64,000 nucleotides of DNA from Mantamonas sphyraenae STR306. Lineage: Eukaryota > Protista > CRuMs. Numbering within the stretch: the stretch's first letter is position 1; each line of letters starts with the position of its first letter. The notes beneath the pieces were generated by a model. That model made no database searches, had not been told where the DNA came from, and was given only the letters and a program-made list of their open reading frames with translations. The DNA lies in NCBI GenBank assembly GCA_026936335.1, contig JAPMXV010000035.1, positions 248,001 through 312,000 of the forward strand, given 5' to 3'. The translations under genes and the position numbers were made by a program. Positions 15,001 to 24,126 of the stretch are shown here, piece after piece.

Positions 15001-16135
15001 AGTGGTGGCTGTGGTAAGCAACGCATCGAGCAAAGCAGTGGCGGCCGCGACGGGAGCAGACGCACGCAAGAACGAGCTGCAAACTCAGCTGGCGACACAT
15101 GTAGGGGACCTTTTCAAGGCCCTCGGGGTGGATCCAAAGGAGTTGACGTTGCCAGAGGATCTGTTGCGACGCATGGTGCAAATGGTGGTGGACCAGACGC
15201 TTGTGGCGATGAAGAACGAGGGGGCGCGGCGCATGGTGTTGAAGGAACTCATGAGCAACGAGCCGTTTGAACTGGTGTCCATGACGATGCTGAAGGCACA
15301 CAAGGTTGTGGCAGAGCTGGACGCCGGTGCCATGCTGGAGTCTGTGGGGCTGAGCCGAGCAAAGCTGCGACAGACACTGGAAGAGAACAAGGAAGCGCTG
15401 ATGCGTGAATTCATGGTGCAGGTGTCTGTGCAACGCAACCGTATGGGCAGGGAACTGGTAGGAATGAGCAAGAAGCTGCTGAAGAGCTACACAGACGAGA
15501 GTGAGGGCATCGTACGGGGCGTGGTAACGCAAACGAAGATGGCGCTGCAGGCGGTGGTGCAGATGCTAGGATCGGAGGCGATGGCTCAGACGGCAGACAA
15601 TCTGGGCATCGACGTGGACGACCAAGCAGCTCTTAACTACATCAAGGTGGTGGCACGTACGCTTCATGAGGTGAAGATGGAGCTGGGCAACCCGCCGATC
15701 CCAGACTCACAGTTGCGAGCCAAGGTGAAGGATGCGCTGTACCAGAAGCTGAAACAGCGCATCAAGGAGCTGTTTGGCGTGACGCAAGGCCAGATTGTGA
15801 AAACACTGGCGATTGTGTTGCTGTCGCTGAGCGGCATCTTTGCGTTCATCTTCTTGGGTATCAGCGCAGTGAGTGGGCCTGGAGCGGTGTTGGCGATTGT
15901 CAACACAGCCCTTGTGGGCGTTGCCGGGCTGGGCATGAACCTGAAGGATAAGAAGGACTCATCGACGGGCCTTGTGCAGATTATTCCCAAGCTGGTGCGT
16001 TCGGGTCTGGAGCGCTTGCTGGACGTGGCCGACCTCGACTCGTGGGATGGATTCAAAGACGAGGTCGTTGCGTTGATCAAGGGCGACGACTCGATGAAAC
16101 TGCTGCTGAACGACAAGGGAGTGGAGGAGGTGTAA
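1..16135 (+). CDS. Giant intronless alpha-helical orphan protein (>5,370 aa, 5'-incomplete) with UBR-box zinc finger and C-terminal hydrophobic hairpin; one +1 frame break at about 10010-10077
   Basis: ORF 28..10077 is open back to base 1. ORF 10079..16135 has similar codon usage and composition, and its frame is open from 10010. Removing one G (TTCGGGTCGC to TTCGGTCGC, ~10045) joins them as GQYDRTFGRNLDTAQAFDLLDVV. The C-terminus contains IVKTLAIVLLSLSGIFAFIFLGISAVSGPGAVLAIVNTALVGVAGLG. Confidence 0.8.
2461..2634 (+). other. UBR-box-like (zf-UBR) zinc finger within the giant protein
   Basis: CQYDEHGPTYTYGMMYECVTC...VCCKACIETCHMYHEI...FYCDCG matches the UBR4/FBXO11-type UBR-box pattern (YxCxTC...CxxCxxxCHxxH...FxCDCG). 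Confidence 0.8.
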
Positions 16136-16210
16136 GGACGACGACTGGATGCAAGGTGTGCGTGGTGATGATGCTCGCGCAGGGGAATCGAAAGATGTTT
16201 GCAGCGGTCA

Positions 16211-16367
16211 GGTCATTCTTGCTTTCCATTGCATTGCTGTGCGCTGCGCGCTGTGCACACGTTCCCACAAAGTCAAGAAAAACTCGCTCTCCTAGAAACG
16301 TGATTCCTGTGGCAGCGTTAGCGTATTACGCCGGTCCTAGATAAGTACCAGTCGTTGTCGATGATGG
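16211..16367 (-). ncRNA. Candidate Fanzor omegaRNA region (scaffold plus flank-derived guide); boundaries uncertain
   Basis: Positional inference: TnpB/Fanzor omegaRNAs lie at the element 3' end. The 232-bp gap here is longer than most other intergenic gaps in the window and has small hairpins such as GCGTAATACGC. Confidence 0.35.
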
Positions 16368-19300
16368 TCAGTTGTCGTTGTCGTCGTCGTCCTTGTGGAT
16401 TCGCTGCAGGCCAGCCGGTCGTCTTCCTTGCGTGAGGAGGCACACGGCCAAGATCGCGATATTGAGCAGAGCGTTGACATCTCGATTGATGACTCGCATG
16501 CTGTGGGCCCCTGCACACGCCTGAACCGCTGCACGTGCCCCTGCCGTGGCACTGCGACACCCGTGTTGTGCAACACACTCCTTGCAACCAACCCAGCGTC
16601 CCATCGATTTTTTCGTGCTGCCCAAGGCATGGCAGTATTGAACTTCTCCATGGCACCGTGAGTGGTTCTTCGTGGTGTTGTACTCGGAAACAATGAGCAC
16701 CAGGGTGTGCAATGCAAGCTTCGAGGTCCAGGACGTGAAGTTGCCTCCCGTCCAGGTTTGTGGCCCCGCCACCGTCAGCACATGCTTCCTGTGCAACTTC
16801 TTTGCATATGACTTTGCCGCCGTGTAGCATCGCTGAGCCTGCGCATTCTTGCAGCGAGCTGATTGAGCCCTGGATGCTGGCGTGTGTTCGCCGCTTGTGC
16901 GCTTGTGCCCACGTCTTTGCACCAACTCTCCCCTGTGCGAGGTAGTGGACACGCGCACGAGCGTACCGTACACACGTGAACCTCGTCGGAACTCGGGCTC
17001 AGCAGAAGGGGCAAAGAGCGCTGCATGGTTCTTGGTTTTACCGCCGTCCAGAATCAGCATCACCGCATCGTTCAGCCATGCCTTTGGGGTCTTGCGGAAC
17101 AGCACCTGTCTCTCAAACAGCGCTCCCTTTGGAGCAAATGCCTGCTCCCGGGGAAGTGTGTTGAGGATATCAGTCACGTGTACGGCGCTGTGGCCGCAAA
17201 GACGCAGCAGGCGTCCCGTTCGTTTCCGTCCCAGCACGCGCACAGATGCTGTCAGGATGACAGCGGCGTTCTGCGACTTTTCCAGAAATGGCAGCAGGTA
17301 CGCGATGCTGCGTTGTGAGGGCTCGAAGAGCTCGTCAAAGAAAAAGCTGCCGCGTACCTTGGAGTCCAGGTACGGTTCCACCAGGCTCAGGAGGGACAAT
17401 AACGGTGCCTGCTTGTGACGGCAGTACTTCCACGTGCCCATGTGTCGCGCAGCACTGCCCCAATAGCCAGACAGCTGGCTGGGAGACGCAGAAAGCAAAT
17501 CCGGCGTGAAGATCAGCGACAACAGGGGCGGTGCTGTTGTCCTAGCATGAAGCTGAGCGAGGGTGTTGCATGATAACCATGCCTCAACGAGCGTTTGCAA
17601 GTAGTCGATGTTGGCACACAGCGTGTCCTCCTCTTCCTGGACAATCTGGTGGAGATCCGCGAGCTGTTTGCATTGTGTTGCCCAGGCCTGAAGGTTCTCC
17701 ACGGTGGCGTTTCCGGTGCTCTTCCATGTGCGGAGGATGTTCCAGTAGTCTGTCGGCGTGTACATGACCTGCGCCTCTGGGTTGACCTGTCGTGGCAGGT
17801 TCCGCAGCTCTTCATCTTCTTTCAAATTTTTCTGAGCATGCACAAGGTCTTTCACGTCGCCATCCGCATACAGATGGTCGGCGGTGAAGCGAATTGTCTT
17901 CAACGCCTGCAGGGCTGCCACTGTCGGAGCCTCGGTGTCTGAATCTGCCTCGGTGTCTGAATCTGCCTCGGTGTCTGAATCTGCCGCGGCTCCATCAGAT
18001 GTGCCTGTGGCTGAGGATGTGCCTGTGGCTGAGGATGAGGATGAGGATGAGGATGAGGATGAGGATGAGGATGAGGATGAGGATGAGGATGAGGATGAGG
18101 ATGAGGATGAGGACGATGAGGCGGAGGCGGAGGAAACAACTGGGCCGTCGGACTCAAAAATTTGCGTGACATTCAGATCCTTCAGACGCTTGCGCACCAT
18201 AGCTGCCGACCTTGGCTTTGTGGTTTTCTTGTCGTTGTCGTTGAGGTGGTCTGCAATCACCTGGCTCGCTGCCTCCGCGTCCAAGCAAGTGACTTCTAAT
18301 GGCAATAGTGCCTGAAGCGCGCATCCGCGCGCCGCATGCTCGACAAGCACCTTCATGCCCTGCACACAGCTCTCTCCGTGTTTGCCGACTGCAGCCAAAC
18401 CGCGCTTGGTGTTCTCGTCCAAGCCTTCCACCAACAACACACAACCAGCAGCGGCGGGGTCATCCGCAAAATGGATTGCAGACGGAATCTTCTTGCTCGA
18501 CCAGTTCTCATTCGAACTCCACCCTGCACGTCCTGCGGCCTGCACGTCAAGCACCAACACCTGGCCATCGTGGCTCTGTGCCAGCGCGTTCGCCACACCT
18601 CTCGTCAGCTTGCCCAACCGCAAAGTCCAAAGCGGAGAATCGACCTGCACACCAGATCCTGCGACTCCAGCACGTGACGCACGCTTTCTTGGAACACAGC
18701 GAATGGCGTCCTGCAGGAGATATGGAAGAAGACGCACAAATGCGTTCAACATCACCAGTGTTGCACTCGCAAACGCGTGTGTCGCAGCCGAAAGCTCCGC
18801 AACAACGCCCTGCGTCTCTTCCGACCATTCAGCGCCCTTGCTGCTGGCGACATCGGCCTTCAGAGGGATGATGGAGACGTCCGAGTCCACCAGACCACAC
18901 AGGTGATCCGGTGCCGTCTTTGTGTCCAATCCACCGACCTCAGCAAAGGCAGCGAGCACGTCTTTGCAGCCGATTTTGGATAGCCGGCGGGCAAACAATT
19001 GAAGCGCAACTGGCTCAAGGCTTCGCAGAACCTCCTCGCGCTTCTCGCTGGCGCTCATGCGACGCTGCTTTCGGTACAACAGCGAGTGGTACAGAGGTAG
19101 CAGGCCATGGCCACGGGCAAATGTTTTGAGGCGCTTGCGCGCCGCCTTGTCCAACGTGGCTGTGTCCATCTTGTCGCGCAGCAACAGGGCCTGTTGAATG
19201 AGGTCAGCGTCGACTGTGTCCCAGTAGTTGGCCATGCTATCGCAAAAGGCGCTTGAAACGACGTCGTCGCGGCAATCAAGTTCCATCACGCAAACGTGCT

Positions 19301-19670
19301 TCAGCCGGGTCGACTTGATCGTAATCCTCACTTGCAGGCTTACTGAAGCGTTGAGACGCTCCAACAGGTGCTCGGCCTCCTCTGCGACCCGTTGGGCGTC
19401 CCCAAGCACAAAGCATGTGTGCGTGGGTGCGCGTTTGTCACCTTGAGGCAGGGCAGCTCCCACCACAACGACACCACCGTCTGCGTCCTGGGCATCGATG
19501 TGTGCATCTTCCAGATCCAGAAGCACATCATACGCGTTGTTCAACACCATCAGTGTCTTCCGTGCCCTCCCAGTCTTCCCGTCGTTCCTTGTATCAAGCC
19601 CACGCGCAGCAGGCAGCTTTTGACGTCCACGTGACAAGATCATAACAGTGGCGAGGTCTGCCCGTAGCAT
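16368..19670 (-). CDS. Fanzor1-like (TnpB-derived) RNA-guided RuvC endonuclease, ~1,100 aa, intronless
   Basis: The C-terminal ~210 aa contain RuvC-I AVMLILDGG, the rearranged RuvC-II VLIVSEYNTTK, a zinc ribbon HSRC...CKEC, RuvC-III INRDVNALLNI and the Fanzor1-type tail GRRPAGLQR. The first ATG downstream of the CLN5 stop is at 19670. Confidence 0.85.
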   Translation of the reverse strand: MLRADLATVMILSRGRQKLPAARGLDTRNDGKTGRARKTLMVLNNAYDVLLDLEDAHIDAQDADGGVVVVGAALPQGDKRAPTHTCFVLGDAQRVAEEAEHLLERLNASVSLQVRITIKSTRLKHVCVMELDCRDDVVSSAFCDSMANYWDTVDADLIQQALLLRDKMDTATLDKAARKRLKTFARGHGLLPLYHSLLYRKQRRMSASEKREEVLRSLEPVALQLFARRLSKIGCKDVLAAFAEVGGLDTKTAPDHLCGLVDSDVSIIPLKADVASSKGAEWSEETQGVVAELSAATHAFASATLVMLNAFVRLLPYLLQDAIRCVPRKRASRAGVAGSGVQVDSPLWTLRLGKLTRGVANALAQSHDGQVLVLDVQAAGRAGWSSNENWSSKKIPSAIHFADDPAAAGCVLLVEGLDENTKRGLAAVGKHGESCVQGMKVLVEHAARGCALQALLPLEVTCLDAEAASQVIADHLNDNDKKTTKPRSAAMVRKRLKDLNVTQIFESDGPVVSSASASSSSSSSSSSSSSSSSSSSSSSSSSSSSSSATGTSSATGTSDGAAADSDTEADSDTEADSDTEAPTVAALQALKTIRFTADHLYADGDVKDLVHAQKNLKEDEELRNLPRQVNPEAQVMYTPTDYWNILRTWKSTGNATVENLQAWATQCKQLADLHQIVQEEEDTLCANIDYLQTLVEAWLSCNTLAQLHARTTAPPLLSLIFTPDLLSASPSQLSGYWGSAARHMGTWKYCRHKQAPLLSLLSLVEPYLDSKVRGSFFFDELFEPSQRSIAYLLPFLEKSQNAAVILTASVRVLGRKRTGRLLRLCGHSAVHVTDILNTLPREQAFAPKGALFERQVLFRKTPKAWLNDAVMLILDGGKTKNHAALFAPSAEPEFRRGSRVYGTLVRVSTTSHRGELVQRRGHKRTSGEHTPASRAQSARCKNAQAQRCYTAAKSYAKKLHRKHVLTVAGPQTWTGGNFTSWTSKLALHTLVLIVSEYNTTKNHSRCHGEVQYCHALGSTKKSMGRWVGCKECVAQHGCRSATAGARAAVQACAGAHSMRVINRDVNALLNIAILAVCLLTQGRRPAGLQRIHKDDDDNDN
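17929..18120. repeat. Coding tandem repeats in the Fanzor: 18-bp x3 (DSDTEA), 18-bp x2 (SATGTS) and (GAGGAT)13 poly-Ser
   Basis: GCCTCGGTGTCTGAATCT x3 at 17929-17982, GATGTGCCTGTGGCTGAG x2, and GAGGAT x13 at 18031-18108. Confidence 0.95.
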
Positions 19671-19785
19671 GCTGATCTCCGCTTTCCCGACGTGGGCATG
19701 TGACTGTTTGTGATGGCTTCTGGTGTGGAGTTTGTTTGAAAATTTCGCTGTGCACAGAGCGCTGACGTTCACAACACTGCCACAA

Positions 19786-21051
19786 TCACGGACGCACACG
19801 CTGCTTGCCTCCACCCAGGTACACGTAGGGCTCGTGGAACGCCAGGCGGTAGTAGGTGCCACCGACGTACAGGTACTTGTTGCCCTCCTCAAAGTTCAAG
19901 AGGTGTTCGAGGAACTTGAGGAAGGTCATGTCCTTGAGCTGAAAGTCTTCGTAGAAACGAATGATGTCTGCCTTTTCTGTGTTGTAGTCCACAGCCACAG
20001 GCGGGTGGGTGAACAGGAAGAACCAGTCGCGGGGCAGTTCGGTGATTGTGCTTGGCGGCGCAAGGCCAGCCTGGTCCTGCAACAAGTACAAGGCTCGGAA
20101 GTTGAAGTCGTCGCACGTACTGCTGTTCATGTACGTGTCCCAGTACGGCGCATCCTTCAGCGGCTTATCCTTGGCCGTCCACAGCTCGTAGATCTTGTGT
20201 GTGGTCACGTTGTCCTCCTTGATGTAATCCATCAGGGTGTTGAAGCCCGTGCCGTTGATGGTGCCCATCTTGTACTGTGCACCCGTGGCCTCATCCCAGT
20301 AGGTGTCGTTGATAAAGTCCACACGGCAGATCATGGCCTCGTTGCACCAGACCAGGTCCTTTGAGCCATCCGGCTGCACGACCACATGCGGGAACGTGGC
20401 GTTGGGCACCTCGTACCATGCGTCGTACTCCACCGTGTAGTTGGTGCCCGACGTCCTGAGAGTATTCCGAGCGAGCGGTTGTTGTGTCAGCCCACCGAGA
20501 ATCTTCACCAAAATACACGCGCGCTCACACTCACAGGTCGCGCAGGCCAATGGCCACATGGTACAAACCCAGCTTGCCGAAAATAGGTCCGTATTTCTCC
20601 TCAAAGACGGGTGCCTGCAGCGACCACACCTCCAACTGGTTCCCTGTGGTGTTGTGACGTCCGTGGAATCCCGGGTCCTGCGTCAGCCGAGTCGATTCCG
20701 CTCGTTCTCAACCCCCCACTCTTTGCCCCTTTCCCTGCGACACCTACCCTCCGGAATGTGGGTCGGCTCCACGGGAGTGGCCGGGCACGACTCGATCTTC
20801 AGTTTGCGATGGCAAAACTGCTGGTCATGTGCCTCCACGTAGCGGTCGGGTGAGTAGACCACCTCGGGATGCTCGGGGTCAATCAGCAACCGGCTTTCCA
20901 TCATCTTTGGGTCGCTTTTCAGCAGCTCTGCACGCTGCTGCAGGTCCCGCTCACTCAACTCCCCACGCCACTCCTCCAGAGTGATAAGCTGCTTGGCGTG
21001 TACGCCCAACAGCATCATGGCAACCAGAAGCACAAACACTTTGCTGGACAT
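19786..21051 (-). CDS. CLN5: CLN5 homolog (lysosomal BMP synthase / thioesterase family), 3 exons
   Basis: Signal peptide MSSKVFVLLVAMMLLGVHA. Spliced motifs LQAPVFEEKYG...YHVAIGLRDL/TSGTNYTVEY, NATFPH, WCNEAMIC and STCDDF resemble human CLN5, with the putative catalytic His and Cys retained. Confidence 0.85.
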
Positions 21052-21193
21052 GATGGAATCGTTCTTGCTCACACAAGCGCATCGCATGGACAGACTCAAA
21101 ACACTGCCATGAGAACACCATGGATGTGTTTTGTCAACGAAGGGATGTGATGAATTCTGGAAGGCAGCGAGTGCTGCGCAGTGGTGTTTGTGT

Positions 21194-24043
21194 CTATTCA
21201 GCCCAGTACAACCTACCATCGTCCTGTTCAGATGTAACATAGCCATCAAAGTCGAATTGGTGCCCAACGTACGAGCAACGTGCGCGGTCGATATCGTCAA
21301 CGTGGCCCATGACCTGAAACAGCTTCGATCGGGTCAGCACAAAGCTTACGTAGTCCTTATAGCAGAGACCAAACATGTAGCGCTTGAAGAGAGAGCTGCT
21401 GTACGCATACTTCCAGCTGAAAACACCCGAGTCTGGCAGGAGGAGCTCGCCGTCTGTGCCGCTGACCTTGAATCCCAGCCGTCGGCCACGCCAGGCTGTG
21501 TTGTCGACGGGCACACTCATGATGTGAGACACATGTGCGACGCTTGTGTCAATGGGCTTGTTATGCGCCATGGCAAGTCCACCCGAGACGACGCCGACGT
21601 TGCCACGCGAGTCGACCCATCGACCCGTGAACACACTGCCGTTGATCTCCCCAAGCATGTGCACAAACTCGCGGCGATGGCCAGGATCGTGCTGGACTAC
21701 CTCTTCAGAGACGCAGATGGTGACGGCCATGATGTTGTTGTCACAGGTTTGGGCAAAGCAGACGTACTTGTTGTCGATACTCATGCCCTCGTAATTGTAC
21801 ACGGGATGGTCGTTACGGAAGGGCCCCAGTGGTTTGCGCACGGGCTCCAAGTACACACGGGTGTCAAAGGTGTTGACGATGGCTTCGGGCAGTCCGGAGA
21901 AGCCAGCAAAGCGCCAAATGGATCCACTCGGAATCCACACACGCGGGGCCACCACGAGACACATGAAGCCAATGACAATCCAACCGACCCAGAGAAAGAT
22001 TACGGAAAAGTACTCTTGCTCGCCCTTGCTGAGGAGGAGCTGCATGGCTGTTGTGAGGGTTGTCCACGCTGTTGTGGCAAAGGAGAAGGCGCGATAGTAG
22101 TTTGCAGTGAGCGCTGCACATGGGCGATTGGTAATGAGATCGTACGCAAGGTAGGAGCTGATGATAAAGATGGGGGCGACGGTGTACTCGGGATAGGCTG
22201 TGAAAAAGGTGGTGAGGGAGCAGATGACAAACTTGCCGAGCCGCTCCTTGAGCATAAAGTGGCCGTTGAAGCGGATGTCAAACTTTTCACGTCCAGGGAG
22301 ACCAGTGTTGAGCAGGACGCTTGCGAGGGTACACAGAGGCACGTACATGAGGAGGAACCAGGCGCTGAAGATGGCGTAGATGCGGTGAGCACCAGTCCAG
22401 CAGCGCATGGAAGAGTCGCTGTCAAGAGTGACCTCAGCGGTGGATTCCTTGTTGGCGTAGGTGCAGCTGAGGGCACGTTGAAGAGTAAAGAGGAAGAACA
22501 AAAAGGTGACCTCGATGAAAAAGGGGAGGAAGCGAGCAACAACCCACATACGCAGACGCTGGCGGAAGCCGATGAGCGGACGCCTGCGCTGGGTGTACTC
22601 AAGGTCGACGACGTTACGCAGAGCAGGGCCACGGAAGGCGGTGAGCGGGTTTGCTGAGCGCTGGCGAAGGGCGGTCTCGTCTGCAATGGAGTTGATCCCC
22701 TTGGCCGTTGCTGCATGCTTGGCCACGCCATACTCGTTGTCGTCGTCGTCCTCAATGGATTCATAATCCGAGTTGGAGGAGAGCTGGCGAGTGCGAGTGG
22801 AGTTGGCGGTGGCGGCGGCAGCGGCGGCAGCGGCGGCAGCAGCGGCGGTGGCTTCGGAGGAGGAAGAGGCGATGGAGCTTGCAGAGCGTGCCCGGGCGCT
22901 GCCGTTGTCGCTGCTGATCTCCTGAGGCACAAACTCGATGTTGGGCACAGCGTTGGCAGCATACTCCTGGGCCATGAGAACGTTGAGCTGGCCGTGGCGG
23001 AAGTCCTCGGAGGAGGAGGCGGCGGAGAGAACGCTGGACACTGAGGACGGGCGGGAAGTGCGTTTGCCGAGCGACTCGAGGCTGTCCGAGTGGGAGAAGC
23101 CCGATGTGTAGCTGTCTGTGAGTTCATAGTACTGTGTGGAGTTGCGTGCATAGCTGGTGGGCTTGGAGTCCATGGTGGCGGTGCGTCGGCGCACAATGCC
23201 GAGAAGGTAGGCGATGGCCGGGCTGGTGGTGTTTGAATAATTGAAGTACTCGACAGTGAGGAGGAAGCAGACGAGAACGATGACGACGACCGTGAGGATG
23301 ACGAGACAGGCAAAGGCTACCTCGAATTGGTGCTCAAAGTACACGTGTGTGTTCGCAAATAAGCCCTTGTCCTTGTCGGTCGCTTTGGGAGGGGTGGATG
23401 CAAAGCTGAGAAGGGCGTAGTTGAAGAAGGCCGCGATGTAGGACATGGGCTCGGTGTCGTTATGCTTAGTCATGTGGAGAACGAGGGCGTTGAGATGGAC
23501 AAACTCGACGGCAATGGAGACCCAAGCCATGGAGTTGACGAGGGAGGCACGAGGAACGCGGTGGAAGAACGGGAAGAAGCTCTTGTCAAAGAGGGAGAAG
23601 GAGGGGCCCATGTGTTTGGCAAAGGGGCGGCTGGCGCCAACAAAGGTGGCCAAAAAGACGGCGATCATGAAAAGGAGGGAGCCAATGCCCCAAAAGTAAA
23701 GGCGACCCTCCGACAAAGCGCCGAGGATCTCCGGGGAGACGTGGATGGGCAGGTAGAAGATGCCAAAGAGGAGAGTGAACCAGACACCAAACACAACCAC
23801 GGCCATGATGCGGCTCCACTTGGATTTGAAGAGGATGTCCTCGACAAAGAGGACCTTTGCTGTGGACAGGAGAGACGTGCTGAGAAAGAGGAGGATGGCC
23901 GACCAGGTCAAGGCAGCACTAACGAGGGTGCCTCCGACAAAGAGCACAAAAGGGAAGCACACAAGGAAGGCGAGGAAGATGAGGGTGATGTTGAAGATGG
24001 CCGAGAGGCGCTGGGAGAACCCCGGCACGGCTCGCTGTTGCAT
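21194..24043 (-). CDS. Polytopic membrane protein (~950 aa) with Ser/Ala-rich loop and beta-rich C-terminal domain; function unknown
   Basis: Long ORF with more than 10 hydrophobic segments and a protist-type module (LSC...LDSDSSMRCWTGAH). Start placed at MQQRAVP, after the stop of the upstream gene. Confidence 0.7.
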   Translation of the reverse strand: MQQRAVPGFSQRLSAIFNITLIFLAFLVCFPFVLFVGGTLVSAALTWSAILLFLSTSLLSTAKVLFVEDILFKSKWSRIMAVVVFGVWFTLLFGIFYLPIHVSPEILGALSEGRLYFWGIGSLLFMIAVFLATFVGASRPFAKHMGPSFSLFDKSFFPFFHRVPRASLVNSMAWVSIAVEFVHLNALVLHMTKHNDTEPMSYIAAFFNYALLSFASTPPKATDKDKGLFANTHVYFEHQFEVAFACLVILTVVVIVLVCFLLTVEYFNYSNTTSPAIAYLLGIVRRRTATMDSKPTSYARNSTQYYELTDSYTSGFSHSDSLESLGKRTSRPSSVSSVLSAASSSEDFRHGQLNVLMAQEYAANAVPNIEFVPQEISSDNGSARARSASSIASSSSEATAAAAAAAAAAAATANSTRTRQLSSNSDYESIEDDDDNEYGVAKHAATAKGINSIADETALRQRSANPLTAFRGPALRNVVDLEYTQRRRPLIGFRQRLRMWVVARFLPFFIEVTFLFFLFTLQRALSCTYANKESTAEVTLDSDSSMRCWTGAHRIYAIFSAWFLLMYVPLCTLASVLLNTGLPGREKFDIRFNGHFMLKERLGKFVICSLTTFFTAYPEYTVAPIFIISSYLAYDLITNRPCAALTANYYRAFSFATTAWTTLTTAMQLLLSKGEQEYFSVIFLWVGWIVIGFMCLVVAPRVWIPSGSIWRFAGFSGLPEAIVNTFDTRVYLEPVRKPLGPFRNDHPVYNYEGMSIDNKYVCFAQTCDNNIMAVTICVSEEVVQHDPGHRREFVHMLGEINGSVFTGRWVDSRGNVGVVSGGLAMAHNKPIDTSVAHVSHIMSVPVDNTAWRGRRLGFKVSGTDGELLLPDSGVFSWKYAYSSSLFKRYMFGLCYKDYVSFVLTRSKLFQVMGHVDDIDRARCSYVGHQFDFDGYVTSEQDDGRLYWAE

Positions 24044-24126
24044 CCTGTGTGTTTGCGATTTCTGTGTGGATGGGCGGGCGCTGCGCAAGCGGTGAATTGT
24101 GTCCTCACTGCTGACGAAGGATTCGT

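Larger units (their letters stand above)
16231..19780 (-). mobile_element. Candidate non-autonomous Fanzor element bounded by degenerate inverted repeats
   Basis: Plus 16231-16261 (GCATTGCTGTGCGCTGCGCGCTGTGCACACG) aligns by eye with minus 19780-19746 (GCAGTGTTGTGAACGTCAGCGCTCTGTGCACAGCG) at about 27 of 35 columns. CGCTGTGCACA also occurs as an exact direct repeat at 16249-16259 and 19746-19756. No transposase is visible. Confidence 0.4.

Noticed and set aside
1399-15532. Long antisense ORFs (e.g. 559, 603 and 412 aa), plus similar ones opposite WDR75, VPS13 and the membrane genes
   Set aside because: They are shadows of GC-biased codon usage on the opposite strand and carry no motifs.
16286-16345. 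Helitron 3' end (CTAG with hairpin) for the Fanzor
   Set aside because: Both CTAGs are followed by G rather than T on the element strand, there is no well-placed subterminal hairpin, and no RepHel gene is present.
19671-19892. Extra 74 N-terminal codons of the 1174-aa Fanzor ORF call
   Set aside because: They start at a non-ATG codon and overlap the last CLN5 exon.
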